Assembly: GCA_045130275.1 (NCBI GenBank)
Contig: JBGUPL010000029.1
Location: forward strand, 17,452-81,451
From: Bacteroidales bacterium
GTDB lineage: Bacteria > Bacteroidota > Bacteroidia > Bacteroidales > WCHB1-69
Reading direction: 5' to 3'
DNA: 64,000 nucleotides
Part shown: piece by piece, positions 62,533-64,000 of the stretch
How positions within the stretch are numbered: position 1 is the stretch's first letter
Layout of the letters: each line of letters begins with the position of its first letter
Translations under genes and position numbers: made by a program
The notes under the pieces: generated by a model
What the model was told of the DNA's origin: nothing
Database searches by the model: none
What the model saw: only the letters and a program-made list of their open reading frames with translations

Positions 62533-63468
62533 TTAATACATTTGGGATCGTTTAAGCAAGTAAGGTAGCAGGATCTGTTCAAAACCTTGCGTGATGTCTG
62601 CGGGAATGACGTCGATTTGGTATTGACCGCATTTCACTTTGATTTCCTGGAAGTAGTCGCGCACGGTTTGCTGGTAGTATTCGCGGATGTTGTTGGCATG
62701 GACTTTCACCTCATTGCCGGTCTCCATGTCAACAAATCGGTAAAGCCGGTTGTCGAAGGCGAAGTCGTATTCCAGTTGCTTGTCGAAGGTGTGGAAGAGG
62801 ACGACTTCGTGCTTGTTGTGGCGGAGGTGACCCAAAGCCAGCAACAGCTCGTCCAAGTTTTTGTTCGATTCCAGCATGTCGCTGAAGATGATAACCAGTG
62901 AGCGGCGGTGGATTTGTTCGGCAATTTGGTGGAGGGTGTCCGTCACCATGGATTGCCGCTTCACGTCGTCCCCGATAGGCTGAAGCACTTTTTCCAGTTC
63001 CCGGTAGATCATTTTGTGGTGCGCGTCACCGCCACGTGCGTGCGTGTGTAGTTCCAGTTTGTCGGAGAATAGACTAAGTCCGACGGCATCGCGCTGGCTC
63101 TTGAAGACTTGCATGAGTACGGCGGCGGCATACACGGCGAAGAAAATTTTGTTCGGTTGCGCAAGGGTGTATTTCTCTCGTTTAGGGAAATACATGGACG
63201 ACGAATTGTCGATGACCAAATGGCAGCGAAGGTTGGTTTCCTCCTCATACTGTTTGACGAACAGCTTGTCGGTGCGTGCGTACAGCTTCCAGTCGATGTG
63301 CCGGATCGGTTCGCCGGTGTTGTACGGCCGGTGTTCCGCGAACTCCACGGAGAATCCGTGCATGGGACTTTTGTGTATGCCTGTGATAAACCCTTCCACC
63401 ACTTGCTTGGCCACGAATTCCACATGGTCGAACTGGGTGATTTTCGTCAAATCGATTGTATATGCCAT
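62533..63468 (-). CDS. DUF58 domain-containing protein (MoxR/vWA-associated family)
   Basis: IRHIDWKLYARTDKLFVKQYEEETN and VIDNSSSM motifs. Confidence 0.85.
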   Translation of the reverse strand: MAYTIDLTKITQFDHVEFVAKQVVEGFITGIHKSPMHGFSVEFAEHRPYNTGEPIRHIDWKLYARTDKLFVKQYEEETNLRCHLVIDNSSSMYFPKREKYTLAQPNKIFFAVYAAAVLMQVFKSQRDAVGLSLFSDKLELHTHARGGDAHHKMIYRELEKVLQPIGDDVKRQSMVTDTLHQIAEQIHRRSLVIIFSDMLESNKNLDELLLALGHLRHNKHEVVLFHTFDKQLEYDFAFDNRLYRFVDMETGNEVKVHANNIREYYQQTVRDYFQEIKVKCGQYQIDVIPADITQGFEQILLPYLLKRSQMY

Positions 63469-63552
63469 AACGTATTTTTTTCCGGGCGCAAAAGTACACT
63501 TTTTTGGTTAATGGTAGGGGTTAATGGTGAAGGGTTACGCGGTGGAAGAGGG

Positions 63553-63996
63553 TTATTGGTGGAGGAAAGAGTGCCAGGATTCGAGGAAGGTCTCCTGGAA
63601 CTCGGTGGAATTGTAGTCGGGGGTGAAAAGGTCGGTACTGCGGAAGAGGGTCGGGCGTTCCCCTTTTCGGTAGAGTATCAGGCAGGGGAAATCGGACTCC
63701 TGGAGCGTAAGGGTGGGGGAGAAGCCCCCGTATTGAGCGGTGGTGTCGTAGTAGAGCGTGAACGGCTTGTCGAGTTGTTGCCGAAGTTCGTTTCTGATTT
63801 CGAAAGCTTGCAATCCCATGAGTTGCTTTGGGTAAACCTGGCCGATATGGATTCCTTCTGTTTCCGAATGGTTCAACAGCCCCAACAGCGCTTTCACGCA
63901 TCCGGAACACTCGATGCCTTGGTGCAGAAGCAAGACGGTCTTTTCGGACGGCAGACATTCAAGAGAGATGGGATTCCCGCTTGTGGTGAACAGCAT
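63553..63996 (-). CDS. thioredoxin-fold-like hypothetical protein, possibly truncated by the window edge
   Basis: CSGC motif in a redoxin-like context. Only 4 nt of upstream sequence are visible. Confidence 0.35.
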   Translation of the reverse strand: MLFTTSGNPISLECLPSEKTVLLLHQGIECSGCVKALLGLLNHSETEGIHIGQVYPKQLMGLQAFEIRNELRQQLDKPFTLYYDTTAQYGGFSPTLTLQESDFPCLILYRKGERPTLFRSTDLFTPDYNSTEFQETFLESWHSFLHQ

Positions 63997-64000
63997 TGGC

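Noticed and set aside
62533-63468. DUF58 gene as part of a MoxR/Bat aerotolerance operon.
   Set aside because: No MoxR ATPase or vWA (BatA/B) gene is adjacent in the visible sequence. The upstream neighbour is a thioredoxin-fold-like ORF and the downstream one is radC. The operon claim cannot be supported from this window.

Overview
This 64-kb window looks like a Bacteroidota (Bacteroidales-type) chromosome. Evidence for that: TAnnTTTG -7 promoter boxes upstream of most genes, a T9SS C-terminal sorting domain, many TonB-dependent receptors, and no Shine-Dalgarno sequences. No genus can be assigned without a search.

Gene content is a mix of housekeeping and accessory genes.
- Housekeeping: tpiA, murC, xseA, dxr, adk, hpt, dnaB, a TrmH-type methyltransferase, pepD and radC.
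- Accessory or envelope: a CatA-type chloramphenicol acetyltransferase; an AraC-controlled RND efflux operon (adaptor, pump, TolC-like, GNAT); three AraC regulators; five TonB-dependent or OM barrel proteins, one behind a clear TPP riboswitch; a ~2000-aa alpha-2-macroglobulin with a CNEQ thioester motif; a GH20 hexosaminidase; a T9SS beta-helix protein; and a flavodoxin/ferredoxin/glutathione-peroxidase cluster with exported flavoproteins.
- No rRNA, tRNA, CRISPR array, transposase or integrase was seen.

The most interesting observations:
1. Two families of short GC-rich palindromes sit in-frame inside intact large genes. The RND pump carries two different ones, and the alpha-2-macroglobulin carries one. 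Sister copies are intergenic. This resembles Rickettsia-palindromic-element behaviour.
2. A Panacea (DUF4065/SocA-like) antitoxin-domain gene overlaps an uncharacterised 130-aa partner. It lies in an AT-richer islet and is a candidate PanA-type toxin-antitoxin module with an unassigned toxin.
3. A small ParE/RelE-like two-gene cassette is bracketed by ~130-bp direct repeats. The substitutions between the repeats fall in one codon phase, so the repeats are fragments of a coding gene.
4. A 323-nt long-hairpin MITE-like element is present twice in inverted orientation, bracketing 23.8 kb of accessory genes.
5. Short-period, strand-asymmetric low-complexity spacers occur in many intergenic gaps.

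All family calls come from motif recognition by eye. No database search, alignment or folding program was run. Identities and coordinates of repeats were hand-counted and may be off by a few nucleotides.
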